Below, one piece after another: positions 50,001 to 61,871 of a DNA stretch of 64,000 nt; positions within the stretch are counted from its first letter, which is position 1, and each line of letters opens with the position of its first letter. The DNA lies in NCBI GenBank assembly GCA_051362555.1, contig CM120640.1, positions 19,592,001 through 19,656,000 of the forward strand, given 5' to 3'. This stretch comes from Lingula anatina (Eukaryota; Animalia; Brachiopoda). The notes under the pieces were generated by a model that made no database searches, was not told the origin of the DNA, and saw only the letters and a list, made by a program, of their open reading frames with translations. The position numbers and the translations under genes were made by a program.

Positions 50001-52407
50001 ACATGAATGGTCTGTTGGTGGAGGCCAGCTCCACACTGTACACAAGAGCTGTGGCTAGGTCAAACTTCTTCCCATCTGAATTAATAAATAAATAAATGAA
50101 AATAAAATAAATCAATTTATAGCCTTGTTTAAGTGTTTCTGATTATTATTCTGTGTGGTCTTCCAACATTACCACAATTTATTTAACGCTGTCCCTAAAA
50201 ATTTATTTGAAACGTTTACAATACATAATGTGAATTCAACTGAACCGAACATTTAAGAAAATGTGAATGCTTCTTTATGAAATTACTTAGGAAATAACTG
50301 ACTATTACTCAAACTTGCATCACCTGAGATTTTTGACGAACAAGGAAGAAAAAAGTGGCAAACTTACCTTTAGAACTTTTGCAAAACTTGTTTTTACAAT
50401 TATCATTTCCACATCCTTCAGTCATTTGATAAAAGTAAGTTTTGACAGACTCTTCAAATATTATCTGAAAGGAGTAACAAAAGAACATTATCTAAACCCT
50501 TATTAAAACTGGGGCTGTAAAACATTATTGCTTCTAACGATTGAATACATTCCTTTTAATATATACACTGAAAAGAATTTTGTATCAAACATCTGAAATA
50601 TTCAAATCAGCAAAAAAAAAAATAATAATAATAATAAATAATAATAATAAATAAATAAATAAAAACAAAAATAAAAAATCTGGCAGGTAAACAGTTCATG
50701 AAGATGTGAAAATAGTTGCATTGGATCTTAGTCTGTCAGAGTGAACAGACTAAACAGTCAACAGGTAAATAAAAATTTCAGGATCTATCATAAGTTCATG
50801 AAGACTAAGCTTAAAAATGAACATTGTGAAGGAAACAAAATATGTTTTTGATATACAGCAACAGTTCAGAAGCAAAATAATTCATTGACAATAAGATGGT
50901 TAATAAAATCAATATTATAGTATACTAAATTATCTCACATGTACTCCTCGACACAAGATAATAACAAACCTTTGCAACATTTCCTTCTGTGTTTGGCTTG
51001 TCATAACTTCTAGGAGGTAAAGCTTCCTGCAAGGAAGACAAGAGAAAAGCCGTGACAATTGAGTCTAACAAGTCACACAGCAATTGTCTGTTGGATAAGT
51101 ATGTGCAACTACATGTAATATATAAAATCCATAATTTGTAATGACAACATCATCACGAGTACATAATATTAACAAATATCTTATGAACAGACACAAACTT
51201 TCTGTAAGACTTTTACATTCTTTTACCTTTATAGACAAGTTGCTATCTGATAGAGCAGCTAAGTTACTGGCACTCACAGCTCTGAAAGGACAAATGTGTA
51301 ACTGTGAAAATACTATGAGGTCATATATAAAGAAAACTAGATCTGTATGTTTATCAAAGAAAAAATAATAATAATAAATAAATAAAAAAAAAATTACTAT
51401 TTAGATTTTAATAAGACATTAATGACATCTTATCTCAGACCAAACATACACATACTGTGCTTAAATAGGGTATCATAATCAGATTTTTACAACCTAATTT
51501 TAGTAAAAATTACCTGGTTTTCAGCGTTTCCAAAACTGCACCTTCCTTTTTCTTAGTTGGAGTAAGATTGGTCATAGAATTACTCAAAGGAAGTTTCAGA
51601 TGAGCCCTGGATAAAAATATCTTTTAAACATGAATATATGACAAAAACCCTCTGTCAAAAATAAACTATTTGAGATATGTCAAATATGTACCCACAACTG
51701 GTACCGTTTGAAATTAACCTGAAAGTTAAATGTAATACATGTTATTGTATAAAATATGAATAAACAAGGTTGGAGTCAATAAATTTACCTTGAAATTTTT
51801 TCTTTTCTTTTCCTTGCCACATTTGGCAGCGAACCTCTTCGAGCTGCAGGTGGTTTACCAAAGGGCACAGCAAAACCTTCTGCTTGGGAACGAAAATATT
51901 GTCAGTAAGTTCAACATGTAAAACTAGGGAAAATAGGATCTAAGCACAATCAATCTGTCATATTATCAGGGAGAGAGTATGCTCCAAAAACAAAGCTATA
52001 ATACGTAAATAAAAATTTAGAAAATATGACATGATTATAGTTGGATATGTCTACATTTCCCCTCCCACAGGAGGATGGGACCCCAGTAGCATGGAATATT
52101 TATGATTGCCTGATTGAAATATTTGTTAATTTTCTTGTCAACTTCACTATTATCAAAGTAATCATTACAAATATTACACCTGTTGCTTTCACTCCAACAA
52201 ATTTATCAGACGTTCTTTGGCAACAACACCATTAATTAAACGTCAATATCAATACTGGTGCAATCAATGTTTACAAATTATAGTACACGATATTCAGCTT
52301 CTTTAGTAACTGCACTGAAAGCATTTACAAAAATATTTTCAAGGAATTTTGATGAGATACAAACCCGCATCTCGAATCTCAGCATCTAATACGCCCGCAG
52401 TGGCCAT
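41066..52407 (-). CDS. HECT-type E3 ubiquitin ligase with AZUL zinc finger (UBE3A/E6AP-like, divergent), ~26 exons
   Basis: AZUL exons 50464-50368 and 50074-49960 read [41 protein letters not shown] motifs: [79 protein letters not shown] (stop at 41066). The first exon 52407-52365 ([14 protein letters not shown]) splices in phase but is less certain. Confidence 0.88.
41252..41419. mobile_element. 168-bp MITE in the last intron of the HECT gene
   Basis: Terminal inverted repeats CAGGGGCGGAT...ATCCGCCCCTG, flanked on both sides by GTAAG (41247-41251 and 41420-41424). Confidence 0.75.
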
Positions 52408-52530
52408 AATTTGACCGAAAAAATAATTCAGTGATCACATAATTCTGTCACAGGTGTAACATGTAACGAAGTACGCTTCATTCATCGGTTACAATTTTGG
52501 CAGATCTCGTACCCGACGACAACCTGCGAG
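52408..52530. promoter_or_regulatory. Putative compact bidirectional promoter between the HECT gene (-) and TIPRL (+)
   Basis: Divergent first exons: minus-strand ATG at 52407; plus-strand exon with ATG at 52531 and donor AAG|GTAAAT at 52574. The region is locally CpG-richer than the flanking introns. Confidence 0.55.
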
Positions 52531-53698
52531 ATGAGAATGGAGCTAGCAGGAAAAGATAAAGAACAGTTTTCAAGGTAAATGTTTTTATTCATTTCATCAA
52601 TATTCTTTTAACATTTTTTGTTTTTGTTTTTGTTTTGATGACGGTTACATTATATCTCATGAAATTATAAAAAGTAAGGAAAAAAAGAAATTTTGTAGAC
52701 GGCCACACAGTATTAAAAAACTATAGGTCATTTATGTTATAACTCAGTAAGTTTGACCTAATTTGTAATGCACGGTGAGTAATGGAAAATGTGATATATT
52801 AGCACAATATCAATAAATTCTCGTTCCCGAGCTAATGATTTTGATTTTAGGCAGTATAAAATTCTTTTTCAAAAGCAAACCCAATACCTTGTGGAATGCG
52901 AACGATTCTTGCTCAAGAGAAAATTATTTGAGCTCGGTTATATTTTGTGCGCCACTGCCACTGGAGATGTTTCTTCTTGTTTTCATTTATTAATTTTTTG
53001 TTATTTTAGATTATATCGCCACACTGTACATTGTCTTTGCAAAATTTGCACTAAATATCATTAATACATCAGACCGAAAGAAGGAAGTAGATATTATTTC
53101 ATGGGAGGTTGTACACTTTAAAGGTCGGGCAGTGTGTTCAGTCAAAGCCATGTCTCAGTTATCACCATACTACACCCCCAGGTTACATGTACATGCTTCA
53201 TGAACGGAGTAGATACATACTTGCCACAGCTAAATACCACTCTGTGGTATAAACTCTTGAGGCTATAAATGTCCCCGTCCAGTCTCTGACACACCCTGTA
53301 GTATAAGATCTGGATTAAAAGTTCTTTTGTATCCATTTATGAACCACTTTGATGATGTTTCAGTCTTTTTATTCTAGCTAACTTGGATGAATAAGATGTC
53401 CATGCAGTTAAGCACACCAGTGCTACCAATTGAAAATGAAGTCACATAAAACACTGAGAGTTTATTATATTTTTATTTGGTTTGAATACATACATAGGTT
53501 TGAATGACGCCTTATCTGCAAAGCATGTTAGGCTGAAAACTGAGGCAAATCAAAGCCCTGATTCAACTACCAGTAGCTTGAAAATTCAGGTGTTGACATT
53601 CCTATTTTCATTTTTTCATATGTTAGCATAGTATATATCATGAAAATGTAATTTATAGAAAGTCATGTTATTTCAGAGTATACATAAAATTGATCATC

Positions 53699-56600
53699 AT
53701 GTCAGTGACAGCAAAAGCTGGTCCTCTGAAGCAAGAGTTTCAGTTTGGTCAATGGTGTGTGACTTCCACCAAGGATCATATTCTGGAATCTGATGGACCA
53801 GAGAGACAGAGGTGGGTGCTGTCCCCTTTTTTATGATGGTGAAGTTTTAAGGTAGAATATTGTAAATTGAAGAGGGGGAAACTCATATCTGACACTGCCA
53901 TAAATCTGTAATGTTTGCCATTATCTTTTAGTTTTATGGTTTTTATATTCAAATGAAATATTCAACAGTTTGTGCTTCTGTTGTTATAGAAAAGACTGAT
54001 GTATTTTGCATAACTACCACAGCTTCCAGAAATGATCTTTGTCAACGACAAGCTACTGTAATATTCAACAGTTTGTGCTTCTGTTGTTATAGAAAAGACT
54101 GATGTATTTTGCATACTGTATTTCAGATTTGAAACAGAGCTCAAACTACCACAGCTTCCAGAAATGATATTTGCCAACAACAAGCTACGCCTGGTACACA
54201 CAGATGGGTTTGGGATAGAGTTCAATGCCCTGGATGCACTGAGACTTGTAGATGCTGAACATGATCTGATGAAAGTTGCTGTGGCAGATGCATGGAGAGA
54301 GGCAAGGTCAGCTGTGTAACTTATGATAACAACATTTATGTCATTTTTGCCAATTTGTTCAAACCTTAAAGCTAAAGCACTTATAATAATAATAATAATG
54401 ATAATTTATTGTCATATTTATACAAGTATAAAATGAAAATTGGTATGATCCATCGATAAAATGTAATACAATGGAATTATTAAAATACATTTTGTTCATT
54501 AAAAATACGTACTGCTGATGGATAAAAACTATTTTTAGTGCGCGTGGAGGTTGCTTTTAATGACCATAGTCGGCTTGATGACATATGCATAAGTAGGCTA
54601 TTCGCTGGGTGACCAGGGTCACCCGTGATTGACTTCACTTTCAGAGTTTCTTAAGCACTCGTATCATATACAAACATTCAATTGACAGCAAGTCTCTACC
54701 TACAATGCGCCTGGCAGTTTTTACTACACAATTGAGGCGATTCTTGTCCTCTGCTGTAGCACTACCGTACCAAATGGTGAAAAATTGTGTTAGTACACTC
54801 TCAATCACTGCCCAGTAAAATTTTGCCAGCAGTTCTTGGTTAACATAGAACGACCTCAATCGCCATAGAAAGTAAAGTCTTTGCTGAGCTTTACAGACAA
54901 TTTCATCTATGTTAATGTGCCATTTAAGATCATCAGATATATGTTTGCCAAGAAATTTGAAATGTCTGACTATTTCAACCTCAGAACCATTCAGTATAAG
55001 ATGGCTAATTTCTGTTGGATTTTTTCCTAAAATCTACAATAATTTCTTTTGTCTTTTCAACATTAAGCTCGAGGTCGTTTTCAGAGCACCATGAAATGAG
55101 GGCCGAAACTTGATTTCGATAATCAAATTCGGAAGTGCTTATAAGGCCAGCGCAGGTGGTATCATCCGCAAACTTACCAATCAAACAATCGGGATACGAA
55201 GCAACACAGTTGGATATAAACAGTGAATATAAAAGAGGCGAGATGACGCAGCCCTGAGGCGTGCCAGTATTAATCTCTATAGTCTTGGAAAAGTTAATCA
55301 TGTCAATTAGGAATTCAAGTAATTTTTGTTTGCCATTTAAGTTGGCTGGTGGCAAGAAAACTCTACTTTCTTGACTTGAAAGTATTAAGAAGTAGCTTGG
55401 TTGTATGGAAAACTGACTGAGATTTAATTATGTATTTTCATGTATTTATTCAGTCATTTATTAACAGCTAAGCATTCTCAGATACACACATACACCTGCT
55501 ATTTGCAAGTAAGTCTTAATTTTTTATGAAAATAAATAATATAAATTACAGAAACATTTTATAGTAACAGGTATGTTCGATGGTTTATAGCTACCTGCTG
55601 TCTTTGGATCTCAGTAACACCAAGAATTGACAATATGCATGCCATTGTATGTACAACATATTCATTGAGTTGATAAAATATATCCCAAGCAAAGATATAA
55701 TATGAGAATTATACAAAATGAGGTAAAACGTACAGGTCAGACTTCCATGGTATCAAAAGTTCTCCCATCAACTTAATAAAATTATTGGGCAGATAAATGA
55801 AATTCAATATTGCTGATGTCGTCTTCAGGGTGTTGAATAATTTTTTGTATTACTGTCAGGGACTGTTCACAATTAATTTGTCAACCCAGCTAATGGACTG
55901 ACTTTATGGGACTAACAGGCCATGTCACTAAGTCTCCTTAACAAGTCTATTACAGGATTTGACAGGTGTACTGTTGCTATTTGATTGGGGGGGGGGGGGG
56001 GGGGCTTTTACATTCATTTTTATTCCCCACTGTGTGCGATAATGCCATAGATTTTGTGAATCTTCCCTTTTATTTGAACATGAAATAATTTTTTTTTGGA
56101 TTGGGTTTTCATATTGAGATACACTTGAAGTTAGTGCATCAGGCTTGCTTTATGATGTCAGTTGTTGACTGCTTGATGGTGAAGCCTGGGCTGCCATCTG
56201 TTTGCGTTGGGCTGATTCTACAGCATACACTGATGCTTTGGCCGACTCATCCATACACCATGCAATGCTTCTCATAATATCCTCCAGGGAGCGCCACGTG
56301 TCTGCCTTTCTTAACAACACCCCACCATAGGAGTCGGGAGAACTTTGATCAGTTTCAAAACACAACTTCTTTCCCTCTAGTCGCACAAACATGAAATGAA
56401 ATCCATCTGAGAGAATGTTAAAAAATGGCATCCTTTTTACGTTGAGGTCTTTGGATTGGTTCTCAAGCTGAAGTAATAATAGCTGCATGATGGCCTGCAC
56501 TGCACCTTTTTCATTGAAGTTAGTCTTACCCTTAGCTTCAAGACAGCCAATGCAGATCTCATCCTTGTAAAATCTGTAGTCGTATTTGTTTGTTGGCATA

Positions 56601-58639
56601 CATGTGCTGTCCACTGTTTGTTCTGTGGTCATCTTGAGACCCACATTGAGGCAGAGCTGCATGAGAATAGTATCTAAAATGATCCTGGCATCATTTTCTG
56701 ATGCACTAAACTGCTCCAAGTGGGTTTGTGTTTGAAACCCATCCAGAGGAGCCATTTGCAAAACTGATTGTTTGGCCTTGATTTCTCTTCTAATTGACTT
56801 GATGGCTTCTTCATTGACACTGATACCAAACGGCATGATGAGCTCCCGTACTGTGTGTTTGAAGCTGATGTATTTAGCTAACATGTCCAACCCCCACTCA
56901 CTTCCTGGGGTATTTTGGTCTGTCCTTTTTGGTCTTTTTTGTCGGGTTGGCTTTGGTGTTTTATCAGCACTGATCTTTACAGCTTTTCCTTCTTTTAGCG
57001 CAGAGAGAGCTGAGGAGTAGTTGAATTCCTCATGATCATCATAAGGCTGAGAGGAAGCTGAGAGGTTGGCTGTTTCTGTGACCAATTCTGCAATATCATC
57101 TTCTTCTCCACTCTCCTCCTCAACTACCTCCATCTGGTTTTGAGTTCGAAGTCTAACACTTAAATCAGTTCTAGCCCTTTTCACTCTGTTGTGGACAGGG
57201 GAGGGATCTGAGTGGGCTCTTTTCATTGGAGGTGTGATTTCTGCAGGCTGTCCATTTTGTCTCATCAGATTTACCTTCTCATTTTCATTGCTGATAAGCC
57301 TACAACTTCTTGAGATTCTTCCATCATGGCCTTCAATGATTATGTCCCCTTTACCAGTGCTGTACATTTGTTGGAATTGGTGAGGGGAATAACCAATTTT
57401 TTCTTCCACAATCTGAATATCAGAATTTTCTCCATCTGCCATAGCTTCTGGCTTGATGGTGAAGTAGGACTGTGTGTTTGATATGTGGCTACTACAATCT
57501 GTCCTATCCACGCCTTGTTTTGTACTGTTTGCTTCAAAAGTAAGACCACATTTACTGTCAGTTTTCAATTCCTGCTTTGGATGAAAAAATGAACAAGTTG
57601 TCTTTTCTTTTGTCACAGGTGTGTTACCTTGAGACTGTCCATTTCGTTTTATTGGACTTTTGTTAAAGAAATAAGTAACAGGTTCATACACATATTCCCC
57701 AGAAGTCTCACTGGTATAACCCGAATCTGGTGAATTGAATCCCATTCTGTTGAAACTATGGCTCCTGGTAAACAGTCCACCACTGGTGCCCACACCTCCG
57801 CCACTATTGTTTGAATTTTGACTTAAATTTTCTGGTGGAGAACAACTTGGAGAGTTTGTCTCAGAGGACAGGGTTCTCTCAAGTGCCATCTCTCTTTTTC
57901 CCTCCAGAGCTAATTTCAGGGCTACTTCAGAAGCAAGGCAGTGGCTCTTGATCTCCCCTGGCTTTATCTTGAGCTCTGGCATTTTGGCCACATACTTGGT
58001 GATGTGGAGAGGCTTCAGGAAACCACGCCATAGTTCTAAATTGGCAGAGGTGTCTCTTTCGGGACTTGAATCCATTTTCTATGTGCTCTGCCTTACATGA
58101 AAGAACTCTGTAAATGAAAAGAATTAAAATTGATTAAGATTACTGAAAATTTGTACCAGTTCTTGTTAAAACTGTTCATTCTGAAAATAGATAAATAACC
58201 ATTTTGAATAATTGCGTCCTTATAAATTATACTTTATCATAATTAAAAATCTGAGAAATAAGTAACATCCTCATACACTAGTTAGATCTCCATGGCAGTG
58301 TACATATTATAATGGCAAAGAAAAAAATTATTTAGAAATTTCTCCTGACAGATCATCAAATGGAAGTTGGTTTAAGAAAAAGGCATTTAGTGCAAAGTAT
58401 GACCTTTGTTGCTACTTACTCTTTTTAAATCATTTGACGTTACATTATGTGACTCATGGAAGCCTACTATTAGTAGTATTTGGATTTTCTATAATACTTG
58501 ATGAAATTGGAATAAGAATTGAGTAATTGAGTTATACGTTAGTATGAATAACATACTCACTACGTGCAAATGATTACAAAGTTATCAAAGTTAATGAGAT
58601 ATTTATACACTCCACTGGCAAATCCAGGATTTTGTAAGT

Positions 58640-58674
<35 letters not shown>

Positions 58675-59771
58675 TAAGGTTTTTCTGGGCAAAAGAAGGC
58701 ATATTAAAAATAGTGGAGGAGGACAAATTTACTATGTAAAAAATTTAATATGTAGGGTATCTGGATGGAAAAGCCACATGGATTTGTTTAATACAGCTAG
58801 CTATCCTGTTTTAAGAAGGACCAGCATGTTCCTTTACTGAATCCACCATTGCTATCTGGTCAGCTGTGAAAAATATTTTAGTTTTGATGTACAACACTTT
58901 GATATAGCCACTATGGGTGGGTTATAGGCGTAACAATAACATATCATATATTGAGTTCACCCAATTCTAAGAGAGTAAATATAGGCTTAATCATTGAGTT
59001 AATGAACTCGTCAAACATAATAGTGTTTTTATACTTAAGTACTATTAAGTACTAAGTACTAAGGATGGTGATCACATCAGTTAAATCACACCACTGGCTG
59101 GAAGGTCAAATTTGTAACATAAGTTATGTTTAATTACATTATGAGATTAAGTTATTTTGAACTTTGTCAATACAAATGTGTACAGTGCAGGATATCCTGT
59201 GATACTGTACTGCCGTGATTCTAATTCACCCACAAGTTAAGGCTCACATGATATGCCAGGAGATATATACCATACAGGGCATGAATTTCATCCAAAAAAC
59301 ATGCCCGAGCACACAGCCATTGCAAAAACATCATTGGTAGTACACTTACCTTTGAAATTAGGACATGATACTGATTAAATGCCGTCTGTCTACAGGGTAG
59401 ATTGCTGTGAGTCATACTATGCTGCTGGAGTACGCATATACAATACAAGTGTGTATGACCTACATTTAATGCAATTTGATTGGTTGGGGTTTGTTGTCAT
59501 GCTTGGACTTGCATCAGTTGAATAAACAAAAGGGCAACCAGTGACAGGTGTTGTCAATAAATTTCTTAGACACCATGTTCATTGCATGGCTTGTAACATT
59601 TGTTGTGCAATTTCTGACTAAGCAGTCCAAAGATACTAGAAATAAAACACCATTCACATTAAATGTCATACATATTTTTTGTATTTCACTTTTGTATTAC
59701 GTTTTTTTAACCAAAATAATTGACAGAAAGTTAAATTGTTTTCCCATTTTGCCTACAGTTAAAATGAATGA

Positions 59772-59810
<39 letters not shown>

Positions 59811-61871
59811 GTAAAAGATCGAATGACTTACTAAGCACATACTAGTATACTACTTTGATATGTTTTATTTTTTGGTTTTTAGGGCAGATTGTGAACACAT
59901 TAACCACATTGCCAAACCTTATGACTGGACATATTCATCAAATTATACAGGGACTCTGTTAGGGGAAGAAGATTCAAAATTGCAAGTAAGACAGGTTTAA
60001 GTTCTCATATCAAAACATATTGTAATTACAAATATGACAAAATAATCACAAATTAAAAAATGTATATAGAAATAAACAAGTAAATAAATGAAAAGCAGGG
60101 TATTTTTTTTTTTTTTGTAATTTAGAGAGTACAACACAAGAAATGACCTTTTGTGAAAAATGATATGTAGCCACCTGCTTGAATTAATAATGCTATGATG
60201 ATGATGATGATGATAATGTTTTTCAGGTTACTGAAACGACTGAAAGAATAGACCTTGAAAAGTTAAAAGTTAAAGAAAAGATATATTTTTATGAAGATCT
60301 ATTATTATTTGAAGATGAACTGTCAGACAATGGAAGCTCTATGTTAAGTGTGAAAATTGTAAGTAGAGGTGGAAAATTGTATCCTTTGGGAGATACAGTG
60401 TGTATATTTTAATTTTGTAGCCATTAAATTTAAATTATTAATCAAAATTTCTGCAGTTTAAAACAGCAAAAAACCCACCAACTTACAGAAAAACAGTACT
60501 ATAGAAAAGAATGAAATGTATTCCCATAACTGTGTTATTCCCTTCTCTTTTATTTCAGAGGGTGATGCCTTCTAGTTTTTTCATCCTTCAAAGGTTTTAC
60601 TTGAGGGTGGACAACTTACTCATAAGAGAGAATGATACCAGGATTTACCATGAGGTGAGAAATTTAATAAAGAAGAAGTATAATTCTAAAATATTTTATT
60701 TAAGCTCTCATTATAATAGTGTGTGTGATAAAACTAAACATGCATCTGTGACATATTTTGTGGTTTAAAGAGATTAAAATTTGCTTAGGGCTAGGAGAGA
60801 CAATTGCTGACCTCCCAGAGATTTTTGAAAGATAATTTTCTGTGGGCTCTTCATAAAACCACAGAAGTTCTGTACTTCAGTGATATAACATGCCCCTTGC
60901 CATTCTTCCAGTCCATCCCTTTATAAAATTTGGTATAGGAGTATCTTATTTTTCTTTCTGTAAAGTTCCCTTTCTACTAGACACTGTCCTCTCTTCATCC
61001 TGTAGTGTGGTCCCATTTGAGAATAAAAAAAATACTTTATGTGTCAACAACTGGCCAATTGTTGAGCATTCATTCTGCAACTAAAGCCATGCTTTTGCCT
61101 CCTTTCTACAACCACAGTGATGCCAGTTTCATGGTTGCACAAAGGAAGCAGAAAGGATACCTTCCAGTGTAAAGGGGGTTTAAGAATCTACTTGTAGACT
61201 GGTACAGGTGGAAGGCCTGCAAATAACCTGTTTGTATATTAGGCCTTTAGCGGCTGCCCCCTTCCCAAGCCCTTTTCTCAATCTTTTACCCAAGTGTTAT
61301 GATGTAAGTACTGAAAATGTAGGAATGGGCACTTCAGTAAATACATCCATCTGTTTATTTTCTTAAGGGAGGCAAAAACTACATCCTACGAGAATTCACT
61401 TGCAAAGAGAAACCCTTCACAGAAATAAAGGTATGTTAAATCTGAAACAAGTTATATGTTCAGAGTGCTAAAAGAGCTAAAAAAACATATTTACATGTGT
61501 GAGCCTAATTTGAAATAAAACATGCTTCTAACTTAAGATCTGGTATAAATTAACATATTTAATTGTTATCATTTGAAATTTTAATTAAATTTTAATTCTC
61601 TTAAAAGAGAACAAGGAATTAGTTATCTGTATAATGGAAAATTACTATTAAGATATATTACTATTAAGATATAGACATCATGGAAAATGATGCCTGAATA
61701 TTATTTTCTTATTTTAAAATGATGATTTTGATTAATTTTTTCCAGGCACCACTTCATATTATTATAGATCCTGCAGAAGTCAGTAATTTTTTGGACTTGA
61801 AAGAATATAGATATGAAAAGTTAGAATTTCCCAAAGTTTCATGTACACAAGCAGCTGAAGTACCAAGATGA
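53699..61871 (+). CDS. TIPRL: TIP41-like PP2A regulator TIPRL (~270 aa; possible 22-aa N-terminal extension from an exon at 52531-52574)
   Basis: Exons 53699-53811, 54127-54306, 59883-59985, 60227-60358, 60559-60654, 61368-61430, 61746-61871 sum to 813 nt. Motifs [55 protein letters not shown]. Confidence 0.94.
54382..55300 (-). mobile_element. 5'-truncated, frameshifted non-LTR retrotransposon (Rex1/Babar-like RT C-terminus)
   Basis: [48 protein letters not shown]; frameshift at ~55010; then [31 protein letters not shown]. The 3' end reads GACAATAAA plus an (ATT)n tail at ~54382-54412. Confidence 0.88.
56150..58075 (-). CDS. Nested antisense intronic gene, 641 aa: possible SAM-like N-terminus, long disordered linker, C-terminal PD-(D/E)XK (HsdR_N/REase-like) nuclease-fold domain
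   Basis: Uninterrupted 1926-nt ORF in AT-rich DNA. On the minus strand there is a splice acceptor (polyY-TTACAG) ~32 nt upstream of the ATG and AATAAA ~80 nt after the stop (56068-56073). Motif series [13 protein letters not shown] / TTEQTV / KYDYRF / IGCLEAKG / GAVQAIMQL / [14 protein letters not shown]. That the ORF is a real gene is high confidence; the domain calls are by motif recognition. Confidence 0.8.
   Translation of the reverse strand: MDSSPERDTSANLELWRGFLKPLHITKYVAKMPELKIKPGEIKSHCLASEVALKLALEGKREMALERTLSSETNSPSCSPPENLSQNSNNSGGGVGTSGGLFTRSHSFNRMGFNSPDSGYTSETSGEYVYEPVTYFFNKSPIKRNGQSQGNTPVTKEKTTCSFFHPKQELKTDSKCGLTFEANSTKQGVDRTDCSSHISNTQSYFTIKPEAMADGENSDIQIVEEKIGYSPHQFQQMYSTGKGDIIIEGHDGRISRSCRLISNENEKVNLMRQNGQPAEITPPMKRAHSDPSPVHNRVKRARTDLSVRLRTQNQMEVVEEESGEEDDIAELVTETANLSASSQPYDDHEEFNYSSALSALKEGKAVKISADKTPKPTRQKRPKRTDQNTPGSEWGLDMLAKYISFKHTVRELIMPFGISVNEEAIKSIRREIKAKQSVLQMAPLDGFQTQTHLEQFSASENDARIILDTILMQLCLNVGLKMTTEQTVDSTCMPTNKYDYRFYKDEICIGCLEAKGKTNFNEKGAVQAIMQLLLLQLENQSKDLNVKRMPFFNILSDGFHFMFVRLEGKKLCFETDQSSPDSYGGVLLRKADTWRSLEDIMRSIAWCMDESAKASVYAVESAQRKQMAAQASPSSSQQLTS
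58640..58672. repeat. Poly-G tract (~33 nt) within a decayed MITE-like segment (~58613-58850); another G18 tract at 55987-56004
   Basis: Direct reading. The flanks CACTGGCAAATCCAGG...GAATCCACCATTG loosely resemble the CAGGGGCGGATCCAG termini at 41252. Confidence 0.8.

Noticed and set aside
54382-58075. Nested nuclease ORF plus the adjacent RT fragment as one retroelement (RT with restriction-like endonuclease)
   Set aside because: They are ~850 bp apart with an AATAAA between them. The RT is 5'-truncated, frameshifted and of a clade that uses an APE endonuclease, while the ORF is intact and has its own acceptor. Independent origins are more likely.
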